Below, piece by piece: positions 37,201-50,147 of a stretch of DNA of 64,000 nucleotides (position 1 is its first letter; each line of letters opens with the position of its first letter). The stretch comes from Octopus vulgaris (lineage: Eukaryota), in NCBI GenBank assembly GCA_951406725.2, contig OX597823.1:89528001-89592000 (forward strand). Direction: 5' to 3'. The position numbers and the translations under genes were made by a program. The notes under the pieces are model-generated. The model did not search any database, was not told the DNA's origin, and saw only the letters and a program-made list of their open reading frames with translations.

Positions 37201-38897
37201 TTTCTTTTTCTTTTATTTTATTTAATTTCTTTCTTTTATTTTATTTATTTTTTTTTTTTTGTATTAATGCATTCTCTAAGTTAATCTATAATGAGCTTTT
37301 GCAGTTGCTGCAGTAATATTGGTTTCAAATTTTGGCACTAGGCCAGAGATTTGGGGGAGATGATGGTATTTATTTTATCAATCCTGAAAGGATGAAAGGC
37401 AAAAGTTAACTTTGACAGACTTAGAACTCAGAATGTAGACAAATGAAATGTCACAAAGCATTTTGCCTGGTGTGCAAAAGATTCTTAATTGCTACAGTAA
37501 TATTTGTTTCGAGTTTTTGGCTCAAGGCGAGCAATTTCGGTGTGGCGGGGGGCGGGGGAGCGCTAAGAGTACCATCCAAGCGTGATTGTTGCCAGAGCAA
37601 CAAACTGGCTTCCGTGCCGGTGGCATGTAAAAAGCACCATTCGAGCATGATCGTTATCTGCGTCACCTTACTGGCATTTGTGCTGGAGGCACATGAAAAA
37701 GCATTTGAGTGAGGTTGGTGCCAGTGCCGCTGGACGGGCTCCTGTGCAGGTGGCACATAAAAAGCACCATTTGAGCATGGCCATTGCCAGTACCACCTGA
37801 CTGGCCCTCATGCCGGTGGCACATAAAAGCACCCACTACATTCTCGGAGTGGTTGGCATTAGGAAGAACATCCAGCTGTAGAAACTCTACCAGATCAGAT
37901 TGGAGCCTGGTGCAGCCATCTGGTTCACCAGACCTCAGTCAAATCGTCCAACCCATGCTAGCACGGAAAGCGGACATTAAACGATGATCATGATGATGAT
38001 CAATCCCCAATGCTCAGCTGGTACTTATTTCATTGATCCCAAAAGGATGAAAAACAAAACTGACCTCAGCAGAATTCGAACTCAGAACATAAAGAGAGAC
38101 AAAATGCCACATTAAGATGGTGAGCTGGCAGAATCATTAGCATACCAGGTGAAATGTTTAGCAGTATTTCATCTGTCTTTATGTTCTGAGTTCAAATTCC
38201 ACCAAGGTTGACTTTGTCTTTCATCCTTTCGGGGTCGATAAATTAAGTACCAGTTGCGTATTGGGGTTGATCCAATCAACTGTCCCCTCCCCAAAAATTT
38301 CGGGCCTTGTGCCTAGAGTAGAAAAGAAAATGTCACATTTTGCCCAGCATGCTAACGTTTCTGCCAGTTTGCTGCCTGAATTGCTACAGAGTTTCCTTTT
38401 TTGTGCTCATAAAGCATAATGTGCGTCAAATGCTCTTTGGATACTTCCATGTTAGAAAGGGTTTTAATCAAAGAAATTTTAATTCTATTATTCTGTAAAA
38501 TGATATTTAATTAGTTTAAATGTGAACAAATGCATAAAAATAATTTTTAATTCCAGTAGACATTCTAAAATAGTATTAAATTTCATTCAATTTTAAAAAA
38601 GGTAAAATTGGACAGAATTTATGGGATGACCTGATATAATATAAATTTTATCAAATTACTCATAGTGGCAAAAGTATACTTCCAAAGTTATCTGTCATAT
38701 GATATTATCCTTTACTTCTTTCAGTCATTAGACTGTGGCCATGCTGGGGCACCACTTTGAAGAATTTTTAGTCAAATGATGTAATATGTTCCCATTCAAT
38801 AAATAAAGACTACAATTCTATGAAAGACTTAATAAATTTTAAATGTGGAACATAAATTCATTTAAGGTACTTGACCTTACAGCTTAATTAAAGTAGT

Positions 38898-38943
38898 TGA
38901 CCTTACAGCTGTTTCTATGTTATCATATTATCTCCAGAAGTCA
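38898..38943 (-). ncRNA. Minimal Penelope-type type I hammerhead motif with one core substitution
   Basis: Minus strand: tgactt-CTGGAGA-taa-tatg-ataa-cata-GAAAC-agct-GTA-aggtca; 6-bp stem I, palindromic stem III ACAGCTGT. Confidence 0.7.
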
Positions 38944-39644
38944 CATGCATTACCACAATGTTCCATGTGCGACCTCTAAAGATAATACATAGTAACATCA
39001 GGCGAGCTTTAAGATCAACTATCTTAATATAATGTGTGTGTGTGTGGGTGGGTGACTATGTGAGTGTGTGTGTGTGTGTGTGTGTGTTCAGCTATCACAA
39101 AAGCTGGTAATAGATGTTTAGTTGGTTTTATACATTTTAAAAAGAATTTAAGTTCATCACCATCATCACTATCATTTTATGTCTGCTTTTCTTTGCTGAT
39201 GTGGATTGAATGAGTCATCATGGCCCAAGTCAGTTCTTAACCTCCCTTCTAGATGGGTTGAAAACCACACCTCATGTTAATTTTCATATTTTTTTATGGT
39301 TGAATGCCCTTTTTATCACTAACCATTTCACCAAATGAACTACATGCATTTTATCATGGCACCAGCACCCAAGTAGTTACCTTGTCCCAGCAAGACTAAG
39401 AAGTTTTCTCTTCCCTATGTTGCTTCTGCTCATTTTCCATCCACTTTACTGTGTTCATCAGGGGAATTTTATCACAGTATAAGTACTAGAGAAGCATTTT
39501 TTCTTGGAAAGACTAAAATGCCATCTCTACCATATGTTATCTATTTTTATTCATAGTTTTGTTCATGCATTTAGTAGTATCACAGCATTATTTATTTATG
39601 GTGGGTTGAAGAGGGAGTGATGATGAAAGTGTAACCAGAACATA

Positions 39645-39809
39645 GGTGCAGGAGTGGCTGTGTGGTAAATAGCTTGCTAACCAACCACATGGCTCCGGGT
39701 TCAGTCCCACTGCGTGGCATCTTGGGCAAGTGTCTTCTGCTATAGCCCCGGGCCGACCAATGCCTTGTGAGTGGATTTGGTAGACGGAAACTGAAAGAAG
39801 CCTGTCGTA

Positions 39810-39876
<67 letters not shown>

Positions 39877-40080
39877 ATATGTTTGTGTGTCTGTGTTTGT
39901 CCCCCTCGCATTGCTTGACAACCGATGCTGGTGTGTTTACGTCCCCGTCACTTAGCGGTTCGGCAAAAGAGACCGATAGAATAAGTACTGGGCTTACAAA
40001 GAATAAGTCCCGGGGTCGATTTGCTCGACTAAAGGCGGTGCTCCAGCATGGCCGCAGTCAAATGACTGAAACAAGTAAAA
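39645..40080 (+). mobile_element. SINE family A, full length; other copies at ~19400-19740, 19905-20060, 41628-41780(-), 48419-48745, 53600-53940, 55808-56197, 60040-60421(-), 63492-63656
   Basis: Direct similarity to 28421-28843. Confidence 0.92.
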
Positions 40081-40166
40081 CAAAAAAGAAAAAAAGAGAA
40101 CAAATGGGAAACAGGAGAGAATAATTGAAGTAAATCATTGATAGATGCGGGATAAAACAGAAGCAG

Positions 40167-40210
<44 letters not shown>

Positions 40211-40827
40211 TGTTTGATAATATAGAGATTGTGTAGAAAACATGATTAGAAGAGGGAATAATAGTGAGGAGAGAGGGTGATACAAGACTGAATGATATTA
40301 AGATACAGGGTGATAGAAGAGGGAGTGATAGTGAGGAGGAAAAGTGATAGAAAAGGAGTGTTAATGAAGAGATAGGGTGCAAGAAGAAGGAGTGCTACAA
40401 TTGAATGAGTGAGTGATGAGTAATGAATGTCAACAACATGTGATAGAGAAGGAGTCTTGTGAGAGACAAATGTGCTTGGAGAATAAGTGTTAAAGGAGCG
40501 GTCATGGGGAAAGATTGTCATGGCTAGCAGGTTGGGTAAGAGGGACCAAAAACTGACAGATCAAATGTGATGCCAACTCTCATTACACAGGTAGTGTAAT
40601 GTGAGAGAGATGGCAGATGCAGTTAGGAGGTTAATTGATAGAGTGGTGAATGGTAGATTAGAGAATAAACTTTTAGTTGAATGAATCAACCACTGTGTAT
40701 ATATTTTTTGAAGTCTGGTACGTATTCTATTGATCACCTTTGCTGAACCACTAAGTTATGGTGACAAAAACCAACACCGGTTATCAAGCAGTGCTAGTGG
40801 ACACACACACACTGATTTATATATATA

Positions 40828-41316
40828 CTAGCAGTATCGCCCGGCGTTGCTCGGGTTTGTAAGGGAAATAACTATATAAGCATTTTTAGAGAGTTACTTC
40901 CCTTATAAATTCGGGCTTTCTTAGCCATTTTTGTTTTGGTGTCTTCAAGCCATGAAGTCGTTGTTCTAAAAGAACGCTGGTTTCCTTCACAACGCATTAC
41001 GACGTTGATTTCTTTACACTCCCTTCCCCACAGCTTCACGAGGGAGGGAAGGGGAGAAGCAAACAGGTGCAGCTGTGAGCGTGGACGCCAACTCCGCCGC
41101 CATCAACATACGATGCATTTTATGCATTAAAATGGAATAAAAAATGATGTTAAATTATTTTTAAAATCGTAGACTCATCGTTGACGCGCGCTAGTAGTCA
41201 GACGGGCTCGATATGAATCACGACTATAAGATACCCGAATTTGGTTAAACTGCATCGCAAAATGTGGGAGGAGTTAGGAATCTAAATCGAAGGGGACAGA
41301 CACTCACACAACTAGA

Positions 41317-41356
<40 letters not shown>
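40828..41356 (-). mobile_element. Non-autonomous Helitron, variant with a different internal segment
   Basis: Minus strand ends with hairpin cccgagc-aac-gccggg followed by cgatactgCTAG; ends shared with the 42309 and 57052 copies; 5' end blurred by (TA)n(GA)n. Confidence 0.85.
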
Positions 41357-41384
<28 letters not shown>

Positions 41385-41584
41385 TTATGTTATGTTATAT
41401 ATTATATTCATAGTATTTAATGTAATATTGTAATATAAATAAATTCTTGAATGTCAATAGAATATCTCTATATTTAATTTATCTTTATTATTGAATTATA
41501 CCAATATTTATACGGTATCCAACTGAAGTACCAGGAAATTGGATGTTTAACACACCCCATTGAAGGATTTCTTTTCCTCAGTTT

Positions 41585-41624
<40 letters not shown>

Positions 41625-42308
41625 CCAAACGGGCTTCTTTCTGTTTCTGTCTACTAAATCCACTCACAAGGCTTTGGTTGACCCAAGGCTATAGAAGACA
41701 CTTGCCCAAAGTGTTACACAGTGGGACTGGACCCAGAACTATGTGGCTGGGAAGCAAAATTCTTACTACACAGCCACACCTTTGCACTTATTGTGAATGC
41801 AATCATCAGTAAAGATGCAGATGTGGGTATATTGATACTTAATCCTCAATGCCACCACCATCATCATCTTTACATCTTTTTCTATGATTGCATGACATGG
41901 ACAGATCTCCATCATAGCATTTCACCACAAGTTGTGGTTCTTTTATCATTTCCTTTGTTGTATTCAGCCTCTCACTTTGACCCCATATCTTCCTTGGTCT
42001 TTGATCTCCCTTTTCTGTAGGCTCCATCCATTTGAAGCAATCAGTACTTTTTTATACTGCTGGTAGGGTAGAAATAATTGCTGAAGGCCTATTGTACAAC
42101 TTTATACAACTGGCTATATACAAATGTGTTTTGAAGACTGCTCATAACAGCAGTCTTCATTCTTGTAACACTACATGCAGTTCCTCTTATATCTAACTTA
42201 TCTCTCAGTTTGCTTGTTTTTTGTCAATCATTCACACAAACGTTACACATCCTGTAGTGCAGGCTATCCTTATTTCTTTGCAGCCTTCAGAAATCCTTTT
42301 CTATTCAA

Positions 42309-42706
42309 CTAGCAGTATCGCCCGGCGTTGCTTGGGTTTGTAAGGGAAATAACTATATAAGCATTTTTAGAGAATTATAGCCAAAAAATAGCTAAAAAAT
42401 GCATAAAAAATGGAAAAAAAATTATGGTAAATTTTTTTTAAATCGTTGACTCATCGTAGACATTTTTAGAGAGTTACTTCCCTTATATAATAGCGAAAAA
42501 ATGCATTAAAATGGAAAAAAATTATGGTAAATTATTTTTAAAATCGTAGACTCATCGTAGACGTGCGCTAATACCCAGAGGGGCTCGATACGAATCACGA
42601 CTATAAGATACCCGCTTTTGGTTAAACTGCACCGCAAAATGTGGGAGTAGTTAGGAATCTAAATCGTAGGAGACAAGACACACAACCTTACTTTTATATA
42701 TAAAGA
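42309..42706 (-). mobile_element. Non-autonomous Helitron, ~400 bp
   Basis: Minus strand A|TCtttatatataaaa...hairpin...CTAG|T, no TSD; internal ~105-bp tandem duplication. Confidence 0.9.
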
Positions 42707-43055
42707 TATCTGTGTTTTATTATCACATGACATCGTACTTTATTACACAAACATAGAAGACACAAAAAATTCTTGCCGGCAGAGGTAATAAATAGCTTCC
42801 AGAACTGTTTTCTTGGTTTTCTGTTTCGTCATACCGTTTATCTCTAAGAAGCCACACTCTTCTGTTGTTAACTCTTCAAATTAATATAAAAGCTGTCAGC
42901 TTTTTGTGGTGCAGTGGGAGACAATTTCTGAGCAATTGCATGTACTTCACTTATATTTAAACTGCTAACTAAACTAATTCCTGTACATCTTCCTTCCACA
43001 CATATAGTTTGCTTTCTCTGTCAGTCTGCTTGTGGTCCTACTACATCTCTTGCGC

Positions 43056-43063
43056 TATAAATA
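43056..43063 (+). promoter_or_regulatory. Candidate TATA box of the PLAC8-family gene
   Basis: gcgcTATAAATAac about 240 bp upstream of the ATG, near the edge of a CpG-retaining patch; weak evidence in AT-rich DNA. Confidence 0.35.
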
Positions 43064-43299
43064 ACAAACCATGCACCAACCCAACCTTATCTTCGTTATT
43101 ATAAGCACGCCTAAGTACTGTTTCTAGATTAAATCAGATTCCATTATAGGATGTTATAAACAAAAGTATTGTTCAGTGTCGAAGTCCAAAAGTCTGCTTT
43201 AATATTTAATATAATATAGCGTAAACGAGCTTCCAAAACAGAAAGACACCAGTCGAACAACTCAGTACTCTGGCGGATTAAGCGAGTATTTGCTCAGAC

Positions 43300-43623
43300 A
43301 TGGATTCGTGGAATCATTCAATATTTAGCTGTTTCAGTAACTTAGGTCTCTGTATTGTTACTTATTTCGCTCCTTGTTATACGTTCGGTAAAAACGCCGA
43401 AGCGGTTGGTGAAGGCTGTTGTTTCTGTGGTTGCATGTATCTCGTGCCTGGAGTGAATTATTTTGCTATGACACAAGTTCGTGGAATGATTCGGAGTTCA
43501 CGCAACATTGCTGGTTCCATTTGCGAAGATCTTTTATTGGTATTATTTTGTCCTTTCTGTGCTCTCATTCAGGAAGCGAAAGAAATTCGTGGTTATGATT
43601 CTCTAGATATGGTCCGCGCTTAA
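43300..43623 (+). CDS. PLAC8-like: PLAC8 / cornifelin / plant-cadmium-resistance family cysteine-rich protein, 107 aa, single coding exon
   Basis: W-x3-IFSCFSN-x3-C-x4-FAPC-x2-FGKNAE, CCFCGC, R-x2-IR-x4-IAGSICED-x6-CPFCALIQEAKEI match the PLAC8 domain pattern end to end; good start context (gacATGG); no stops. Family-level call only. Confidence 0.93.
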   Translation: MDSWNHSIFSCFSNLGLCIVTYFAPCYTFGKNAEAVGEGCCFCGCMYLVPGVNYFAMTQVRGMIRSSRNIAGSICEDLLLVLFCPFCALIQEAKEIRGYDSLDMVRA

Positions 43624-44412
43624 AACTGACATTATAATTAAACCATATCAAAAGCAATACGAGGAATGGAAGTTTTAAAAATAGTAAGAAAATTTCCTGT
43701 GGACTACCTACGTACCTATAACTCTTACCGAAGAAGGAATTCATTTGCACCATTACTTTTAACAAATATGTATTGGCCTTTTTTTTCCCCGGATTCTTTG
43801 ACTCAATTCTGTGAAACTAGTCGTCATCCAACCTAACCAGAATGCATACTTTAAATATTTTAAAGCAAATGTTATATGTATGTTTCTCTCTCATCATCTA
43901 TAAAATAGAGATACCTACCCACAGGTACGTTAAAACGGCAATTATCGGCTGAAGTACATTCATTTCCTGGATTATCTATAAAGTATTTTTATACACAATT
44001 CAATTTATCATACACATTTTAAAGCTTTAAAAACTTTAGATCTAGCTTACGAAGTCTACCTTGTGTTGTTTGAATATATTTATCTACACATATATACATA
44101 TGGCGAAGCCCATTGAACTTCTCAGTTACGATACTAACATATCATAAACAATATAAATTTAACATAAAATTTACAAGTTGAATTTGATCATGAATTTTCT
44201 TACTTTTCTCTGTCACACACGACGTGTGTTTCTGATTTTGTTTTTTCATCTACTCTTTTTATTTGTTTATTTTTCTTTTAAATTATAGGCACAAGGTCTG
44301 AAATAGGGGTGAGAGGTTAGTTCTTGACAGGTACTTAATTTTATCGACGAAGAGATAAAACCGAAGATATACGGCTTCACATGCAGTTAAAGAAAGATAT
44401 GAAAGTGAAGTG

Positions 44413-44925
44413 CCGTAAATCCTCGAGTATAATCCGCACTTTTTTCTAAAATTTAAAGGTCAAAATCCCTAGTGCGTACCATATACGAGGTTAAAAATGA
44501 AAGATATTTTCTAAGCAATGTCCGAGTCTGTCCGGCAATGTTTATTCAGACGCATTTTGTGATGTCTGGCGTGAAATTACCTTAAGCTAAGCCTGAAAGC
44601 AATGAAGTCATAAAAGAATCATCCATAACTTGCAGTAAGCAACATTTATTAAAATAAAAGTATTCAGAACACAGAATAACATGTAACAAAAACAATTTGC
44701 AAACATATTTACATTCCCATATAACAGTTAAGAACATCACAATTATTGTATTACGCATGCGCGGAAGTATTTGTTCGACTAGGTGCTGCTGGCTTAATTA
44801 CGCACGACTTAAGTTAGAGAAGGGGTGCGTATTATACACAAGGTTTAGGTTTTTCAGAAGTACAGCCTCCTAAAAAATCCCCTGCATATTATACTCAAGG
44901 GTGGACTATACTCGAGGATTTACGG
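44413..44925. mobile_element. CCGTA-terminus MITE, copy 2
   Basis: Same TIRs and internal sequence as 34838-35359; left flank is TG, right flank is TA. Confidence 0.92.
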
Positions 44926-45647
44926 TAAACAATTTCTATAACATAACCAACGTGAATCAGCAGGAACCGCGCCACCGCTTCCCGTCGGTTCTTTTCTGTA
45001 TAGCTCAGGAGTCGTACAAGAGTATTACATTGCTCACATGTAACTGCATTAGCTATCATGCATCAAAACGCAAGCCACAAAATTTCCTTCTGGGGGCATT
45101 CGTTACCAGTTGTGGTGCATGTACGTTAACTACTATTTCTGAAATACTTAAGATATCACTAGAAGATACTATACAAGTGAATGCATATGGACGTGACATA
45201 ATAAAGGAGTCTTGCAAATAAAGTTAAGGGATTTTACCAGTTCTCTTTACGAAAGTATGGGATGTGATTGTCATTTCTGATCAATTTACATTCGTTTATT
45301 TAAACCCCTAAACTGCATGTTAACTACCATCGATCCCAGAACTTGACTGGTACTTTATTTTATTGATTCCAAAAGGATGAAAGTCAAAGTCGATCTTGGG
45401 GAGATTTGAACGCAAGATTTAATTGAGCCGGAATGGTCAGTCGTTCATTGTGATCACGTTAGAAAACAAATTAAGTCAAAAACTGTTGACTTGATGAGGG
45501 AAAGGGATATTGTTAAACATCCTTTATTGTATAAAACTGATAAAACATTTAAAAAAGATAGACTTTGGAATAATATTTAATTTTCTGTGTTAGCAGCCAT
45601 TAGAAATATATAATCTGGAAATTGATTAATCTTCATAAGACTTAGTT

Positions 45648-45922
45648 TATTCTGTTGTGTCTGGGGAAAGTCATTTTCTTTTTGTGCCTTATAATTTAAC
45701 ACATTCACCGGTAAAATTTCCACTTATTTCTTATTTTTATTTTCCTAAAATCTTCGTTGCGTCTTGCAACCTTTTCAATAGTCTTGACTCAAGACTATCG
45801 AAAAGGTTGCAAGATGCAATGAAAATTTTAGGAAAATAAGGAATAAGTGGAAATTTTACAGGTGGGTGTGTTAAATTATAAGGCACAAAAAGAAAATGAC
45901 TCTTCCCAGACACAACAGAATA
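45648..45922. repeat. ~135-bp-arm near-perfect palindrome with 1-nt spacer (MITE-like)
   Basis: tattctgttgtgtctgggga...atagtcttga-c-tcaagactat...tcccagacacaacagaata. Confidence 0.92.
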
Positions 45923-46739
45923 TGCTTCAACACACGAACTCACATAAAGAATCTTGTGAACCAAATCCCAAAACAAAATACTTTGTTTATTGTTAGAACA
46001 ATAAACTGGTGTGAGAAAGGTGAATAATGACAGTGAAAATGTTTTGCGGTCTTTACTTCGACCCTGTATGTCCTTAGTTCAAATCTAGTTGGGCTGCTTG
46101 AAAAACTATAGTGGGAAATATAATTAACGAGAGTTGTTCTCATCCGTGACCTAGTGCCAACGTTAGAACATTATTAGAATAGCAGGAGTTCAAATCCCAC
46201 TGAAATTAACTTTGCCTTTCATCTGTCATTTTTAGGGGGGGTTTTTTTTCAAATATTTTTTAAACTTATGTATTTTATATCCAAGAAACTCATGTTACAA
46301 CAATAATAATAATAATCCTTTTTACTGAAATATGGGATGGGGAGGAGAAGTCGATTACATTGACTCCGGTGCTCAATTGGTACTCATCTTATCAACCCCT
46401 AAAAGATGAAAGGCAAAATTTACCTCAGCGGAATTTGAAGTCAGAACTTTAAGACGGATGATATGTCGCTAAGAATTTCTCCTGGCATGCTAATGATTCT
46501 CCCAGCTTGTTGCCTTAATGGTGATAATGGTGATTAATAATGATAATAATTATACACTTCTGTTCCTACCCTTCCCACAGTCATCATGATGACAGAATGT
46601 GTCACCCTCAGACATTTACTGTTTCAGACCTACCACCTCCAATATCCACTAGCTATTGTCTGTCATACCTGCAAACAAATACTTTCATTCCCTTGAGAAT
46701 ACATACAGTGTTCAGGTCTGCCTATGGGGTCCAGCCTCT

Positions 46740-48330
46740 GAGGACTGCTTGCTATTACTTAGACCGGTCTAACATACCTGACTTCACCAGGTTTGTTGAT
46801 GAATCTCCATGCTCACTTCATCCCATGATACCTCCACAATACTAGAAACCTTCAATGATATGGACCAGCACATCAATTTTACCATCAAACACATCCAAAC
46901 ACTGATGGTTCCCTCTCCTTGCTTAACTTTTGTTTAAGCATCACAGATGAGAGCAAATGACTTGGTGTTCTACTGAAAGGCAGTCTGCCAAGATCTCTTC
47001 TTCCATTCCAAGTCAGCCCACCCCATCAGAGCTGAAGCCAGCTTCATACAAAATGAGATCACCCATATACACAACAGATGCAGTGACAGTGCCAGCCGGG
47101 GGACACAGGTTGCATGGTTCCTCAAGATACTTGGAATCAACAAATACCCAGTATCTGTTACAAACACCCTACATAGATACAAACCAAATAAACATGGCAA
47201 GAGGATTCTCTCTGGAACCTGCTTCCTGAGGATTCTCCATTTTAATGAGGGGACCACCTTTACCATCCAAAGACCATCTGCAAGACTTGATATCCTGCTA
47301 GTCCACTCAGGATTGTCCCTGCATAGACACCTGCCGACGAGGAGATCACATGTGGAATAACAGCCCTGTGCACTGGTAAACTATTCTATCCATGAAACAA
47401 GCAAGTCTATGAAAACATATGTGATGTACCAGATACAGTGACTTAAATGTGACGACTATTAAATTAGTAATACAGTCTGACTGTTCCACATCCAACTGAA
47501 GGAACACCTGACAACCAATGCATCTGCTTTCCACAAATACTTAATCAAAGGCAGTAACACCTATTTCTTTACTACCCACAAGGGGCTAAACACAGAGGGG
47601 ACAAATGGATTAAGTCGATTACATCGCCCCCAGTGTGTAACTGGTACTTAATTTATCGACCCTGAAAGGATGAAAGGCAAAGTCGACCTCGGTGGAATTT
47701 AAACTCAGAATGTAATGGCAGATGAAATACGACTACGCATTTCGCCCGACATGCTAACATTTCTGCCAAGGTAGACACTTCTATACTGGCCATGAAATCA
47801 CCATATCAAAGAAACCTTATTGATCCAATGACTTAACCTGAAGATCAATAATTGATCAGAGTAGGACTGGTGGCTCCTGTAAATTAGCAACTGCCCCTTA
47901 CACCATGGTAACCACAACCAGCATCTTCATTACTGATGGTGATTGGTGCTACTACCTACCAGTACCATGTTTGCCATCGCCACAGCTACCACCACCACCA
48001 TTGCCTGCTATGATGAGAACTGTTGCTCTTGGCAGCCATCACCTTGTCAACAACTTCTACAATGAATATACCACCAACTACTACCACATTACTATGACCA
48101 CTGACTACTACCATGGCATTCACCACCATTGTCCCCAGTGTTACCTCTATGGCACCAATAAGACCACTATTTGGGGAGCTGCTGCTACTTCCACAAGCAC
48201 CTAACTAAAACAGGGTCACTGCTCATCTAGCTATCCAAATGGCAGAATCTATGTAGTTCCATTTCTTTGACTTTACTCTTCTGAAGATGAACCTTTGTGC
48301 CCAAAATATACAAAGGCTTTTCATCTTTCA
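46740..48330 (+). mobile_element. Decayed Penelope-like element (RT C-terminus, thumb, GIY-YIG), interrupted by a SINE at 47562-47770
   Basis: Broken frames: FTRFVDE (YVDD-like), LETFNDMDQHINFTI, DGSLSLLN, FY*K..LFFHSKSAHP..HIHNRCS, then YVMYQIQ*LKCDDY*ISNTV*LFHIQLKEHL (VVYxIxCxxCxxxYIGxTxRxLxxRxxEH). A weak CTGAAGA hammerhead remnant lies near 48281. Confidence 0.8.
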
Positions 48331-49780
48331 TCTCTGCACTTTTAGAAGCTTTCCTCATTTCATTCACTATTCTATTTCTGTACTACAATGCTTCAAGCAA
48401 ACTACAATGCTCTTCATAGGTGTAGCTGTGTGGTAAGAAGTTTGCTTCCCAACCACATAGTCCTGGTTTCAGTGCCACTGCATGGTACCTTGGGTTAGTA
48501 TCCTCTACTTTAACCTCAGGCCAACCAAAGCCTTGTAAGTAGATCTGGTAGATGGAAACTGAAAGAAGCCCATCATCTATATATATGTGTGTTTGTTTGT
48601 CTTAGTGGTTTGACAAAAAAATGCAGATAGCGTAAGTTCCGGGTTTAAAAAGAAAATAATTACTAGGATCGATTGATTCAACTAAAATTCCTCAAAGCAG
48701 TGTCCCAGCATGGCTGCAGTCTAATGACTGAGATAAGTAAAAAAAGATATATGACCAGCAACCGAGACCTTTGGAAATATGCTGTACGTGAGAAGACCAG
48801 GCAGGTCAAGTGAGCCCAGCCCACTTATGCATGCCTTTCCTCCCTTGGATACAAAGACCTGCAGCGAAGTCGATATAGAACCTCATCCGACGACAGGCAC
48901 CCATGCCAACCCCCTTTGCTTGCGAAGACATGTTGGGGCAAGCGAAATCGAAATCGAATTGAACCAGCCAGGATCCCTGGTCTGGTGGTACGTAAAAAGC
49001 ACTATCCGACTTGTGGCCGATGCCAGCGCCGCCTCGACTGGCCTCCGTGCCGGTGGCACATAAAATACACCAATCCGACCGTGGCCGTTGCCAGCCTCGC
49101 CTGGCACCTGTGCAGGTGGCACGTAAAAAGCACCCACTACACTCACGGAGTGGTTGGCGTTAGGAAGGGCATCCAGCTGTAAAAACATTGCCAGATAAAA
49201 CTGGAGCCTGGTGCAGCCTTCTGGCTTCCCAGATCCCCGGTCGAACCGTCCAACCCATGCTAGCATGGAGAACGGACGTTAAACGATGATGATGATGATT
49301 CTTTTTATGAAGCTAGCATAATTTTAAAAAATTAAGTTGGCATTAGGAAGGGTATCCAACCATGGAAACCATGCCAAAGCTGGCATTGGAACATGATGCA
49401 ATCATCAAATTTGTTTTAGATTCTGTCAAACTGTCCAACCCATGCCAGCATGGAACATGGATGTTAATTAGTGGTGGTGGTGGTTTTGCCAGTGGTAATG
49501 ACTACAAAAGCCCACAGAAACTCCAATGGTTTCACTTGTTCCTTCCAAAAATATAATGCTTTTATACATACATGGTCAATCAATTAAACAGGCTTATTCA
49601 ATTAATATGGTTCCTTTCTACAATATAATTATTTTTATCATGTGAGATGAGCCAAGTACTGGAATCAATATAATTTAGCAATTAAACAAAATAAATATTT
49701 TCTTCATTAATAATTATCTTTGAAATTAAAATACACATAAGAACATTTCTGAAAACAACTTATTCGATTTTGTTGTACCT

Positions 49781-50147
49781 TAGGAGGGTCATTGTGATAC
49801 TAATAAACACATATGCAGGTTATATTTCACTTCTTTATTGTTTTTATTTTTTGTCAATTGGTAACTATTTAACCAATTAACTATTTGGTTGTTTGATTAA
49901 TCATTCAGTTAATTAATCAATCAGTTAGGTTCATCAGCATTTTTTATTGCCATTTACAACCTCAGAGAGGGCTTTTATTAATATTATGATGAAAGAACAC
50001 TAACAAACCTAACTTGAGTGATTAACTGGTTGATTAATCAAACAATCAGTTAATTAAGCAAATTTACTAATTTACCCATTAAGTTTGATTGACAAATATA
50101 CAATAAAGGAGACAGAACTAGTGTGTCGGCATAATGACTGCCCCTAG
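49781..50147. mobile_element. Old palindromic MITE
   Basis: taggagggtcattgtg / cataatgactgccccta ends; ttgtttgattaatca / tgattaatcaaacaa and agttaggtt / aacctaact inverted pairs. Confidence 0.7.
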
